Of a DNA stretch of 64,000 nt, positions 56,021 through 64,000 are shown one piece after another. The notes under the pieces are model-generated. The model saw only the letters and a list, made by a program, of their open reading frames with translations. It was not told the origin of the DNA and did not search any database. Both the position numbers and the translations under genes were made by a program. This DNA is from an uncultured Thermoleophilia bacterium (GTDB taxonomy: Bacteria; Actinomycetota; Thermoleophilia; UBA2241), in NCBI GenBank assembly GCA_963707855.1, contig CAVPRQ010000009.1:276158-340157 (forward strand), given 5' to 3'. How positions within the stretch are numbered: the first letter of the stretch is position 1; each line of letters starts with the position of its first letter.

Positions 56021-56419
56021 ATGACCGAGAAGAAGACCCACATCACCGAGGTGCGGACGGTGGCCGTCCCGGTGACAGACCAGGACCGGGCGCTCGAGTT
56101 CTACGTCGGCGCGCTCGGCTTCGAGAAGCGCATGGACGCGACCTTCGGCGGCGGCCGGCGGTGGATCGAGGTGGCCCCTTCGGGCTCGTCCACGACCATC
56201 GCGCTCGCCCCGTTGGGCCCGGGCGCCACGGCCGGCGTTGACACCGGCATCCGCCTGGTGACGAGCGACGCCGAGGCCGACCACGCGGACCTGCTTGCCC
56301 GCGGCGTCGACACCGACCCGAAGGTGCTGCACTTCGAAGGCGCGCCGCCGATGTTCTCGCTGCGCGACCCGGACGGGAACGTGCTCTTCGTCGTCGAGAT
56401 CGTGGAGCAGGCCGGCTAG
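56021..56419 (+). CDS. VOC (glyoxalase) family protein
   Basis: Intact 132-aa ORF. The sequence is VRTVAVPVTDQDRALEFYVGALGFEKRMD...FSLRDPDGNVLFVVE. Confidence 0.8.
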   Translation: MTEKKTHITEVRTVAVPVTDQDRALEFYVGALGFEKRMDATFGGGRRWIEVAPSGSSTTIALAPLGPGATAGVDTGIRLVTSDAEADHADLLARGVDTDPKVLHFEGAPPMFSLRDPDGNVLFVVEIVEQAG

Positions 56420-56420
56420 C

Positions 56421-56843
56421 TCACACCTGTCCTTCGGCCTGGCGCCAGACCTCGAGACGCAGGCCCGGAACACGTTCGAACTCACGGACGTTCGCGGTGA
56501 CCATCGTGAGTCCGTGGGCTACGCAGGTCGCGGCGAGCCAGAGGTCGTGCGGGCCGATCATCGTTCCCGCCTGGCGCAGCTCCGCCCAGATCTGTGCATG
56601 CGCTCTTGCACAGGCGAGGTCGACGGGAAAGAGCGCGAAGCGCTCGAGAATGCCCTCGACGAACGCCGAGCGCTTCGCCCGCACGTCCGGCCGGGTCGCG
56701 CGATGCACACCGTGAAGCAGCTCGCTGGCGGTGATGACGGAGACGAAGGCCTCCTCGTCTTCATGACGGGCCACATGCGGCTCGAGCGCGAGCCTACCGC
56801 GCTCGGCTTCGACAAGGATGCTCGCGTCGATCAGGACTGCCAC
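56421..56843 (-). CDS. vapC: PIN-domain toxin VapC
   Basis: Intact 140-aa ORF. The sequence is MAVLIDASILVEAERG...VITASELLHG...GPHDLWLAATCVAHGLTMVTANVREF. It overlaps the antitoxin gene by 13 nt. Confidence 0.9.
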   Translation of the reverse strand: MAVLIDASILVEAERGRLALEPHVARHEDEEAFVSVITASELLHGVHRATRPDVRAKRSAFVEGILERFALFPVDLACARAHAQIWAELRQAGTMIGPHDLWLAATCVAHGLTMVTANVREFERVPGLRLEVWRQAEGQV

Positions 56844-57106
56844 GCGTCACGCACCTCGGCGCCGGCGAGCTCGGCTTGCGCCGCCCGCAGGTCTTCGGCG
56901 AAGTCCTCCGTCTCGGCTGGGGACAGACGCGGCAAGGAGGCGAGCAGAGCGGGCAGTTCCGAGAGGCGCGCACCCGCCGGCAGAGGGCGGAGCTCGGCGA
57001 GCGGTCTGTTCCCGCGCACCAGCGTGAAGGACTCGTGGCGGTAGGCGACGCGGTTGATGTAGTCGGCGAAGTTGCGGGCGACCTGGGTGACGGTGACCTC
57101 AGGCAT
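56831..57106 (-). CDS. Type II antitoxin (Phd/YefM-like) paired with VapC
   Basis: Intact 91-aa ORF. The sequence is MPEVTVTQVARNFADYINRVAYRHESFTLVRGNRPLAELRP. Confidence 0.85.
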   Translation of the reverse strand: MPEVTVTQVARNFADYINRVAYRHESFTLVRGNRPLAELRPLPAGARLSELPALLASLPRLSPAETEDFAEDLRAAQAELAGAEVRDAWQS

Positions 57107-57131
57107 ACGGCATCTCCTCAGACGGGAATAC

Positions 57132-57167
57132 GATAATCAGATTACATGATTATCAGCCTATTGTCAC
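57132..57167 (-). promoter_or_regulatory. Toxin-antitoxin promoter with palindromic operator
   Basis: The inverted repeat is GATAATCA-N7-TGATTATC (57132-57154), in the most AT-rich patch of the window. The minus strand reads GTGACA (57167-57162), a 17-nt spacer, then TAATCT (57144-57139). Confidence 0.5.
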
Positions 57168-57294
57168 GGTGCGCTGAGATCCACCAGATGCCTACGGCTC
57201 TCTGCGACCCAAACGGATCCAGTGTGCGCCGCGTCCGGAGAGGGGGCAATACTCGTCGGGTGGACGTTCGGCGGCCGCTCCGTCGCCGGCACCG

Positions 57295-57722
57295 CTACCG
57301 ATCGAGCTTCTCGATCCTCGCCTGGTGCCGCCCTCCGTCGAACGGCGTGGACAGCCACACGTCGACGATCGCCAGCGCTTCCTGCTCCGACAGGAGGCGC
57401 TGGCCGAGCGAGAGCATGTTGGCGTCGTTGTGGGCGCGGGCGAGCCTGGCCGACTCCTCGTTCCAGGCCACGGCGCAGCGCACGCCGCGCACGCGGTTCG
57501 CCGCCATGGCTTCGCCGTTGCCGGAACCGCCGAACACGATGCCTCGCTCGCACTCCCCGCGCGCCACCGAGAGCGCCGCAGGACGCACGAAGTCGGGGTA
57601 GTCGACAGGCTCCTCGGAGCTGGTCCCGAAGTCGACGACGTCGTGACCCACTCACGCAGATGGTCCGCCACGGCCGACTTGTAGCGAAAGCCGGCGTGGT
57701 CCGATGCAAGGGCGATCCGCAT
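57295..57722 (-). CDS. rpiB: Ribose-5-phosphate isomerase B; one break at the C-run 57647-57649
   Basis: MRIALASDHAGFRYKSAVADHLREW lies in the 57192..57725 frame. GHDVVDFGTSSEEPVDYPDF...GIVFGGSGNGEAMAANRVRGVRCA... is ORF 57295..57651. One extra G (TGGG to TGGGG on the coding strand) restores the frame. Confidence 0.85.
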
Positions 57723-57834
57723 CACGTCACTCCGGGTGCGTTCAACGGTAGGTGCATGACCTGCGCGTGCTGCGGTCTGAGCCTACGACCGCAGTGCTTT
57801 GGCGCGCCAGGTCGATGCACTTGTTAGCCAACAG

Positions 57835-58188
57835 TCACTCTTCGAGGCAACGACGACGTCTCGACAGAAGCGCCACTGTGAGCCCGAAGGTGGCAAGACC
57901 AGCGGTGATGAGCACTAGTGTGACGGAGGTAGTGGCCAGCTCGGCGAGCGACTTCCGCACAGCAGTGAGCCCCTCACTGTGGACCGTGCCGTCCGGACCC
58001 ATGCCGTCCCGGAAGCCGATGGCCCAGCTGAGGTTCCAGGTCGCGAGGAACGCGGCGGCGGCAAGGCAGACCGCTGCCCTGATCCGCAGAGGCAGCCATG
58101 CGCCACGGACCCAGTAGGCAACGAGAGCGCCGACAGCCAGGGCGGCGAGGACCGCGCCGTAGTTCAGAGCCTCTGCAAGGACGTCCAC
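57835..58188 (-). CDS. Hypothetical integral membrane protein
   Basis: Intact 117-aa ORF (GTG start) with 3-4 hydrophobic helices (GAVLAALAVGALVAYW, AAVCLAAAAFLATW, TTSVTLVLITAGLATFGLTVALL). It is visibly less GC-rich than its surroundings. Confidence 0.5.
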   Translation of the reverse strand: MDVLAEALNYGAVLAALAVGALVAYWVRGAWLPLRIRAAVCLAAAAFLATWNLSWAIGFRDGMGPDGTVHSEGLTAVRKSLAELATTSVTLVLITAGLATFGLTVALLSRRRRCLEE

Positions 58189-58217
58189 CGTCTCGCCACC
58201 TGATTGGCTAACAACGA

Positions 58218-58312
58218 TTCTGCAGACTGCGTAACACTCGCTCGAGTGTACTGCCGTCTGCGTAAGACGTCACGGTTCAGGCTCGGGAGTGGTGTTCTGC
58301 AGTCTGCGTACG
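58218..58312. promoter_or_regulatory. Three copies of a GCAG-W-CTGC palindrome (candidate TetR operators)
   Basis: TTCTGCAGACTGCGTA starts at 58218 and TTCTGCAGTCTGCGTA starts at 58295. These are identical apart from the central base. A degenerate copy, CTGCCGTCTGCGTA, starts at 58251. All lie in the 215-bp divergent intergenic region upstream of tetR. Confidence 0.5.
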
Positions 58313-58403
58313 ACGCCGCCGTCTCGCGACCGTCGGCTGCAACGCCAGGCGGGAACAAAGACTTGACAGTTCAGTGACCACTAACTTATGGTACACAGCA
58401 GTC

Positions 58404-59015
58404 ATGAGCACGAAGTCGACAATCAGACTGACCAAGGATGAGCGCCGGCGCGAGATCGTCGAAGCGGCGACGCGTGAGTTCGCCGTCGGCGGACTCCACG
58501 GCACGCCGGTCGAGGCGATCGCCAGGCAGGTCGGCGTCTCGCAGCCCTACCTGTTCCAGCTGTTCGGCACCAAGAAGGAACTGTTCATCGCCGCCGTGCG
58601 GCGGGCGTTCGAGCGCACTGTGGCGACGTTCCGGACGGCGGCGGCCGAGGCGGGCGAAGACGCCGGCACCGAGGCCGTGCTCACGTCCATGGGCGTCGCG
58701 TACCACCGGCTGCTCGAGGACCGCAGCCTCCTGCTCATGCAGATGCAGGCGTACGCCTCGTGCGAGGACGCGGAGATCTGCGAGGCCGTGCGCGACGAGA
58801 TGCTGCGCCTGGTGAGCTTCGTGCAGTCCGCGTCCGGGGCGCCGGACGTGGCCGTGCGGGAGTGGCTCGCCTACGGCATGCTCATGAACGTCGTCGCGGC
58901 GATGGATCTCAACGACGTCGACGCCGACTGGGCGCGGATTATGTGCCCCGTCAGCCAGACGGACCTGGCGGCGCTGGCGGCGGACGCCGCCGGCAAGGAG
59001 GCGCGAACGAAGTAG
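58404..59015 (+). CDS. TetR/AcrR-family transcriptional regulator
   Basis: This is the inner ATG at 58404 of ORF 58374..59015. The sequence is RREIVEAATREFAVGGLHGTPVEAIARQVGVSQPYLFQLFGTKKELF. Confidence 0.9.
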   Translation: MSTKSTIRLTKDERRREIVEAATREFAVGGLHGTPVEAIARQVGVSQPYLFQLFGTKKELFIAAVRRAFERTVATFRTAAAEAGEDAGTEAVLTSMGVAYHRLLEDRSLLLMQMQAYASCEDAEICEAVRDEMLRLVSFVQSASGAPDVAVREWLAYGMLMNVVAAMDLNDVDADWARIMCPVSQTDLAALAADAAGKEARTK

Positions 59016-59019
59016 ACGC

Positions 59020-59060
59020 GGGCCGGGCGTTCGGCTCTTGGCCGGACCCGGCCCTTCTTT
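59020..59060 (+). terminator. Rho-independent terminator after tetR
   Basis: GGGCCGGG (59020-59027) pairs with CCCGGCCC (59047-59054) and is followed by TTCTTT. Confidence 0.6.
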
Positions 59061-59166
59061 CGGTCCATGGAACTAAGCGAGTACTAAGTCACTTGGGCAT
59101 ATTGGGAACGCAACGCAAGACGTCAGATCAGGACCGCAGTCCAGTCAAACAGAGCAACCGAGGGAG

Positions 59167-60608
59167 ATGAGCAGGATGAGTACTCGAGCAAGGACGATAT
59201 GGACGTTCGTCGTCACGAGCGTCGCGGTGTTCATGGTGTCGCTGGACAACCTTGTCGTGACTACCGCGCTGCCCGTGATCAAGCAGGACCTGGGCGCCTC
59301 GCTGCAGGGCCTCGAGTGGACCGTCAACGCCTACACCCTGACCTTCGCGGTGCTGCTGCTGACGGGCGCCGCACTGGGCGACCGCTTCGGGCGCAAGCGC
59401 ATGTTCGGCATCGGGCTGGCCGTGTTCACGCGGGGTCGGCGTTGGCGGCGCTGGCGCCGACCATCGGCACGCTCATCGCGCGCCCGCGCCCTCCAGGGAG
59501 TCGGCGGCGCCATCGTGACGCCACTGACGCTGACGATCCTGTCGGCCGCGGTGCCGCCGGCTCGCCGCGGCGCTCGCCCTCGGCATCTGGGGCGGCGTCG
59601 CCGGCCTCGCCGTCGCCATCGGTCCGGTCGTCGGCGGCGCCGTGGTCGAAGGCCTCTCCTGGCAGTGGATCTTCTGGCTCAACGTGCCCATCGGCATCGT
59701 GCTGCTGCCGCTCGCCTGGCTGCGGCTCGAGCGAGAGCAACGGGCCCGAACCGCTCGCTCGACCTGCCCGGGCTCGCCCTCGCGAGCGCCGGCCTGCTCG
59801 GCATCGTCTGGGGCCTCGTCCGCGGCAACGCGGACGGCTGGACGAGCCTCGGCGTCGCCGGCCCCATCGTCGCCGGCGTCGTGCCTGGTCGCGCTTCGTC
59901 CTCTGGGAGCGCCGCCCCGGGCGCCCATGCTGCCGATGCGCTTCTTCCGCAGCCGCGCCTTCTCGGCCGCCAACCTCACCTCGCTGCTGATGTCGCTTCG
60001 GCATGTTCGGCGCCATCTTCCTGCTCGCCCAGTTCTTCCAGGTCGTGCAGGGCTACTCTCCGCTCGAGGCGGCCTGCGGACGCTGCCCTGGACGGCGATG
60101 CCGATCCTGGTGGCGCCGATCGCCGGCGTACTCGCGACCGCATCGGCGGCCGACCGCTGATCGTCTCCGGCATGGCGCTGATGGCCGGCGGCATGGCGTG
60201 GATCGCCGCGATCGCGACGCCGACCGTGCCGTACGGCGACCTGGTGCCGGCGTTCGTCATGCCGGGATCGGCATGGCGCTGTTCTTCGCCCCCGTCGCCA
60301 ACGTCGTGCTCTCGGCGCGTCCGCGCAACGAGGAGGGCAAGGCCTCGGGCGTGAACAACACCATCCGCGAGGTCGGCGGCGTGTTCGGCGTGGCCGTGCT
60401 GGCCAGCGTGTTCGCGGCCGCCGGCAGCTACGTGAGCCCGCAGGCGTTCGTGGACGGCATGGTGCCGGCGATCTGGGTGGCCGCCGGCGCAGTCGGCGCG
60501 GCCACCATCGCCGCCGTCGCCATACCGCCGAAGCAGGACGTCGTCGAGTCGGTGTCTTACCTCGAGCGGCCCGACGACGAGCGCGCGGTCGCAGAGCCTG
60601 CTGCCTGA
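59167..60608 (+). CDS. MFS drug:H+ antiporter (DHA2/EmrB-QacA-like, 14-TM type); about 10 frame breaks as assembled
   Basis: The N-terminus is MSRMSTRARTIWTFVVTSVAVFMVSLDNLVVTTALPVIKQDLGASLQGLEWTVNAYTLTFAVLLLTGAALGDRFGRKR. Later family segments are scattered over all three frames: ALQGVGGAIVTPLTLTIL, GLSWQWIFWLNVPIG, LDLPGLALASAGLLGIVWG, PMLPMRFFRSRAFSAANL, FGAIFLLAQFFQVVQGYSPLEA, GVNNTIREVGGVFGVAVL. It ends at 60608. Confidence 0.8.
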
Positions 60609-60629
60609 CCGACGCCGGCAAGAAGCCGC

Positions 60630-60669
60630 GAGGGGCGGGGGAGCGACATGCGTCGCTCCCCCGCCCCTC
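60630..60669. terminator. Bidirectional terminator (18-bp perfect stem)
   Basis: GAGGGGCGGGGGAGCGAC-ATGC-GTCGCTCCCCCGCCCCTC lies between the convergent MFS gene and the 60687 gene. Confidence 0.8.
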
Positions 60670-60686
60670 CGAGATCGGTCTCCCTT

Positions 60687-61166
60687 CTACTTCCCTTCGC
60701 GTGCCCGCTGCAGCGCGGCGAGGTCGAACTTGGTCATCTTCAGGAACGCCTGGGTGACTCGGGCCATCGCCTCGGGGTCCTTTGCGTCCATCATCGCGCC
60801 CATGTTCGCGGGCACCACCTGCCACGAGAGGCCGTACTTGTCCTTGAGCCAGCCGCACTGGCCCTCTTCCCCGCCGTCGGCGGTGAGCTTCTCCCAGTAG
60901 TAGTCGATCTCGTCCTGCGTGTCGCAGTTGACCATGAACGAGATGGACTCGTTGAAGGTGAACACGGGCCCGGCGCTGATGGCCATGAACTCCTGTCCCA
61001 GGAGCTCGAAGCTCACGATGTCCACGCTGCCCGACGGGGTGTCGCTGATCGTCGTGACGTTGGTGATCCGCGAGTCCGCGAAGATCGACGTGTAGAACTC
61101 GGCCGCTTCCTTGGCTTCCTTGTCGTACCAGAGGTGCGGAACGATGGTCTGTCTGACCGTTGCCAT
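60687..61166 (-). CDS. VOC-superfamily protein of the PhnB / 3-demethylubiquinone-9 3-methyltransferase-domain type
   Basis: Intact 159-aa ORF. The sequence is IVPHLWYDKEAKEAAEFYTSIF...FELLGQEFMAISAGPVFTFNESISFMVNCDTQDEIDYYWEKL...CGWLKDKYGLSWQVVP. Confidence 0.75.
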   Translation of the reverse strand: MATVRQTIVPHLWYDKEAKEAAEFYTSIFADSRITNVTTISDTPSGSVDIVSFELLGQEFMAISAGPVFTFNESISFMVNCDTQDEIDYYWEKLTADGGEEGQCGWLKDKYGLSWQVVPANMGAMMDAKDPEAMARVTQAFLKMTKFDLAALQRAREGK

Positions 61167-61229
61167 GATGCCTCTCTCTTCGGTTTGGCCTGGTCACACC
61201 ATCCTTGTTCCCCGGGCGGCTCTCCTTCG

Positions 61230-61955
61230 TCACGCCAGGATGAGCTCCAGCCGGCGCTTTCGACGCTTCCAGTCCGGAACGAGCTCTTCGACCATCTTCC
61301 AGAACTCGCGTCCGTGGTTCGGATGCAGAAGGTGACAGAGTTCGTGCACGATGACGTAGTCGATGCACTCGACGGGCGCGCGTATCAGATCAAGCCGGAG
61401 CGACATGCTGCGTCTCGGGGACATGCTGCCCCACCGCGTGCGCATGCGCCTCACCCGAAGAGTGGGCGGCTGTCCGTCGGCGGACGGAAAGGCCGTCCAG
61501 CACGCCTCCAGCCGGTCGGCGAACTGCTCGCGCGCCTGACGCGCGTACCAGTCGTCCATCAGCTCTTTGACGTGCCCGGACGACGCATCGGCGCTCACCG
61601 CGACCCGAAACCGGCCGCGCGCGAGACGCACGTCTTCCACCTCGCGGTGCTCGATCGCAAGGCGGTGGCGTCGTCCGAGGTACAGGTGCGTCTCGCCTTC
61701 CACATACCGCGGTGGCGGGGCGCCCGGCTCGAGCCGGGCGACGGCTTGCTGCTTGCGCACGATCCAGTCGGCGTGACCGGCCACCCACGTCAGCACGTCG
61801 GCCTCTCGTGCCCTCCGCGACGCCCTGGCGACGACGCTGCCATCCCGCCGGACAGTCAACCCCAGGGTCCTGCGATTGGTCTTCACCAGGTCGAAGGAGA
61901 TGGTCTGCTCCCCGTGGCGGATGGAGCGGGTGACCGTCACGGCGGGGGTCCTCAT
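61230..61955 (-). CDS. YgjP-like (DUF45, M48-related) metal-dependent hydrolase
   Basis: This is the inner ATG at 61955 of ORF 61230..62273. The sequence is RRMRTRWGSMSPRRSMSLRLDLIRAPVECIDYVIVHELCHLLHPNHGREFW (HExxH). Confidence 0.8.
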   Translation of the reverse strand: MRTPAVTVTRSIRHGEQTISFDLVKTNRRTLGLTVRRDGSVVARASRRAREADVLTWVAGHADWIVRKQQAVARLEPGAPPPRYVEGETHLYLGRRHRLAIEHREVEDVRLARGRFRVAVSADASSGHVKELMDDWYARQAREQFADRLEACWTAFPSADGQPPTLRVRRMRTRWGSMSPRRSMSLRLDLIRAPVECIDYVIVHELCHLLHPNHGREFWKMVEELVPDWKRRKRRLELILA

Positions 61956-62030
61956 GCCCGCTATCCTACGTGCTCGCGAGCGGGCGATGGGTTCCCCCAA
62001 CGAGACAGCCGGCGGGAATCGGACTAGGGT

Positions 62031-62702
62031 GTGGCCGAATGGGCGGCCACGAACGTTAAGGGAGTCGAGGTGGAAGAGGGAGCCGGCAAGGGGAAGCGGG
62101 TCCTCGTCGTGTACGCGACGAAGTACGGCTCCACGGCCAAGGTGGCCGAGACCGTGGCCGAGGAGCTGCGTGCGGCCGGGTACGAAGCCGAGGCGCGCGC
62201 CGTGGGGGACGTCGCGTCGACGGCGGGCTACGACGCCGTCGTGGTCGGCGGCCCGATGATCTTCGGCTGGCACAAGGACGCCCTCAAGTACGTGAAGGCG
62301 CGGCGCGACGCGCTCGCCGACGTGCCAGTCGCGTACTTCATCACCGCCGCGTCACTGACCGAGGACGGCGCCGACTCGGTCGACGGCGTGCCGGTCTACA
62401 AGGACTCGTGGCTGGCGAAGAAGCCGGACGACCCCGCCAAGCTGAGCTACCGCCAGCGCTACGCCCTGCCGTCGCACTATCTTGGCGACGTGCTCAAGAA
62501 GACGGCGCCGGTGCGGCCCCGCCAGGCGGCGTTCTTCGCCGGCGCCCTCGACCTGACGAAGATGAGCATCTTCGCCAAGCTCTTCGTCATGCTCGTCATC
62601 GGCGCGTCGCCCGGGGACGGCCGCCACTGGGACGCGGTCCGCGAATGGGCCCGCGCGCTGCCGGCGGTCCTGTTCGACCAGGAAGGGCCGGCAGCGGCGT
62701 AG
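62031..62702 (+). CDS. Flavodoxin-domain protein (flavodoxin_5 / HemG-like)
   Basis: Intact 223-aa ORF. The sequence is KRVLVVYATKYGSTAKVAETVAEELRAAGYEAE...YDAVVVGGPMIFGWHKDALKYV. The exact start is uncertain. Confidence 0.7.
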   Translation: MAEWAATNVKGVEVEEGAGKGKRVLVVYATKYGSTAKVAETVAEELRAAGYEAEARAVGDVASTAGYDAVVVGGPMIFGWHKDALKYVKARRDALADVPVAYFITAASLTEDGADSVDGVPVYKDSWLAKKPDDPAKLSYRQRYALPSHYLGDVLKKTAPVRPRQAAFFAGALDLTKMSIFAKLFVMLVIGASPGDGRHWDAVREWARALPAVLFDQEGPAAA

Positions 62703-62819
62703 TGCGGCCTGGTTCGGGGACCGGGACACCTGGCGGTCCTCTGTCGTCCGCCGCTCCCGCCGGAGGCGGAATGCTGCCCTGGTCGGGTACAGTCACCTCG
62801 TCGACCGGGAGGACACATC

Positions 62820-64000
62820 GTGGATGAGCTGTTCAAGGACGCCGCGGACCGGGCCGTCTGCTACCTGCAGGGACTCTCTACGCGGCAGGTCGCGCCGGAC
62901 GAGAAGGCGCTGGCGGGGCTCGCCGAGTTCGACGAGCCGTTGCCTGAGGGGCCGGACGATCCGCGCCGCGTGCTTGAGCTGCTCGACAGGGTCGGCTCGC
63001 CGGCCACGATGGCGTCGGCCGGGCCGCGCTTCTTCGGCTTCGTCATCGGCGGCGCACATCCGGTGGCCGTGGCCGCCGACTGGTTGGCCACGGCCTGGGA
63101 CCAGAACGCCGGCTCGTCCGTCGCCTCACCGGTGACGGCGAGCTCGAACGCGTGACACAGCGCTGGCTCATCGAGTTGTTCGGGCTGCCCGACACTACGG
63201 CGGTCGGTTTCGTGACGGGCGCGACGATGGCCAACATGAGCGCGCTCGCGGCGGCGCGTCACGCGGTGCTCGAACGCGCCGGCTATGACGTGGACGAGCA
63301 GGGGCTGGCCGGTGCGCCCAAGCTCACCGTCGTCGTGGGCGACGAGGTGCACCCGTCGGTGGTCAAGGGCATCGGCCTGCTCGGCTTGGGGCGTCAGCGG
63401 GTCCGCCGTGTGCCGGTCGACGGCCAGGGGAGGATGCGGGCGGACGCACTGCCGCCGATCGACGGGCCGACGATCGTCTGCACGCAGGCGGGCAACGTCA
63501 ACACGGGCGCGTTCGACCCGATCGCCGACGTGGTCGAGTGGGCGCGCGAGGGCGGCGCCTGGGTGCACGTGGACGGGGCCGTCGGGTTGTGGGCTTGGGC
63601 GTCGCCGGCGTGCGCGCACCTCGTGCGCGGCCTCGCCGGCGCCGACTCGTGGGCCGCGGACGCCCACAAGTGGCTGAACGTCCCCTACGACAGCGGCCTC
63701 GCGTTCGTGCGCGACCCCGAGCCGCTGCGAGCGGCGATGGGCGTGACGGCCGCCTACCTGCCCAGAAGCATGATGCGAGAAGGCGAACACGCCAGAACTG
63801 TCGCGGCGGGCCCGCGTCGTCGCCGTCTGGGCCACGCTGCGGGCGCTCGGCCGTTCCGGCGTCGTCGACCTGGTCGAGCGCAACCGCCGTCACGCGGCGC
63901 GCTTTGCCGAGGGACTGCGCGCCGCCGGCCACGAGATCCTCAACGACGTGGTGCTCAATCAGGTGCTCGTCTCGTTCGGCGACGAGGCGACGACGCGGCG
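62820..64000 (+). CDS. PLP-dependent decarboxylase (group II, aspartate aminotransferase fold), partial at the right edge; at least 2 frame breaks
   Basis: The N-terminus is ORF 62820..63155 (GSPATMASAGPRFFGFVIGGAHPVAVAADWLATAWDQNAG). After a shift near 63130 it reads FVTGATMANMSALAAAR...VVVGDEVHPSVVKGIGLLGLG...TQAGNVNTGAFDPI...WVHVDGAVGLWA...ADSWAADAHKWLNVPYDSG, which includes the PLP lysine. Another shift lies near 63775, and the gene continues past 64000. Confidence 0.75.

Noticed and set aside
57770-57794. Hairpin CTGCGGTC-N9-GACCGCAG followed by TGCTTT
   Set aside because: It looks like a plus-strand terminator, but no plus-strand gene ends upstream. In the minus orientation, after gene 57835-58188, it lacks a U-tract. 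Function undetermined.
59473-61368. 631-aa minus-strand ORF
   Set aside because: It is Arg/Pro-rich nonsense antisense to the MFS gene, and it runs across a strong terminator and a real minus-strand gene in another frame.
1-64000. Programmed ribosomal frameshifting or recoding as an explanation for the split genes
   Set aside because: The breaks occur at many unrelated sites, in both +1 and -1 directions, and often in G/C homopolymers. I saw no slippery heptamers or downstream pseudoknots. Housekeeping genes are affected. Sequence error or decay is the simpler explanation.
1-64000. CRISPR arrays, prophage, integrative elements, transposons, defence islands
   Set aside because: No spaced repeat arrays are present; the only tandem repeat is 25 bp. 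There are no integrase, transposase, recombinase, cas or phage structural genes. The DUF45/YgjP gene (61230-61955) has no adjacent type I restriction genes. VapBC is the only addiction-type module.

Overview
Very GC-rich (about 70% by eye) bacterial chromosomal segment whose gene content and operon order suggest an Actinomycetota-like organism; this taxonomy is inference only. I recognise about 70 protein genes and found no rRNA, tRNA, CRISPR array, transposase, integrase or phage genes.

Blocks from left to right:
1. 1-3040: lysine-fermentation genes (kamD, partial at the edge) with a YheO-type regulator.
2. 3.1-7.7 kb: radical-SAM / response regulator / histidine kinase / HtrA operon, in the same order as mprA-mprB-pepD.
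3. 7.8-12.7 kb: inositol-monophosphatase-like gene, AmmeMemoRadiSam-type radical SAM gene, anti-sigma kinase, rsmG-parA-parB.
4. 12.8-21.97 kb, minus strand: a roughly 9-kb operon behind a clear cobalamin riboswitch. It encodes two DUF4430 proteins, an ECF importer (T, fused A-A', S), an alpha-toroid surface protein, and a MotA/ExbB-type channel with DUF2149.
5. 22-29 kb: envelope glycosylation cluster.
6. 31-38.6 kb: MMPL, MFS and two ABC exporters.
7. 38.7-46.1 kb: ECF sigma and anti-sigma joined to fabZ-fabH-fabD-fabG-fabF-accD-accA.
8. 46-64 kb: accessory-looking mix of small regulators, VOC/YCII/GyrI-like proteins, an ArsR operon, VapBC, rpiB, TetR-MFS and others.

The most interesting candidate system is the B12-riboswitch operon, which joins an ATP-driven ECF importer to a proton-channel pair and split transcobalamin-like binders.

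Caveat: by manual count about 50 reading-frame breaks hit about 26 genes. They are strongly clustered. Several map to G/C homopolymers, so most are probably assembly errors rather than true pseudogenes. Coordinates for those genes span the reconstructed full gene.
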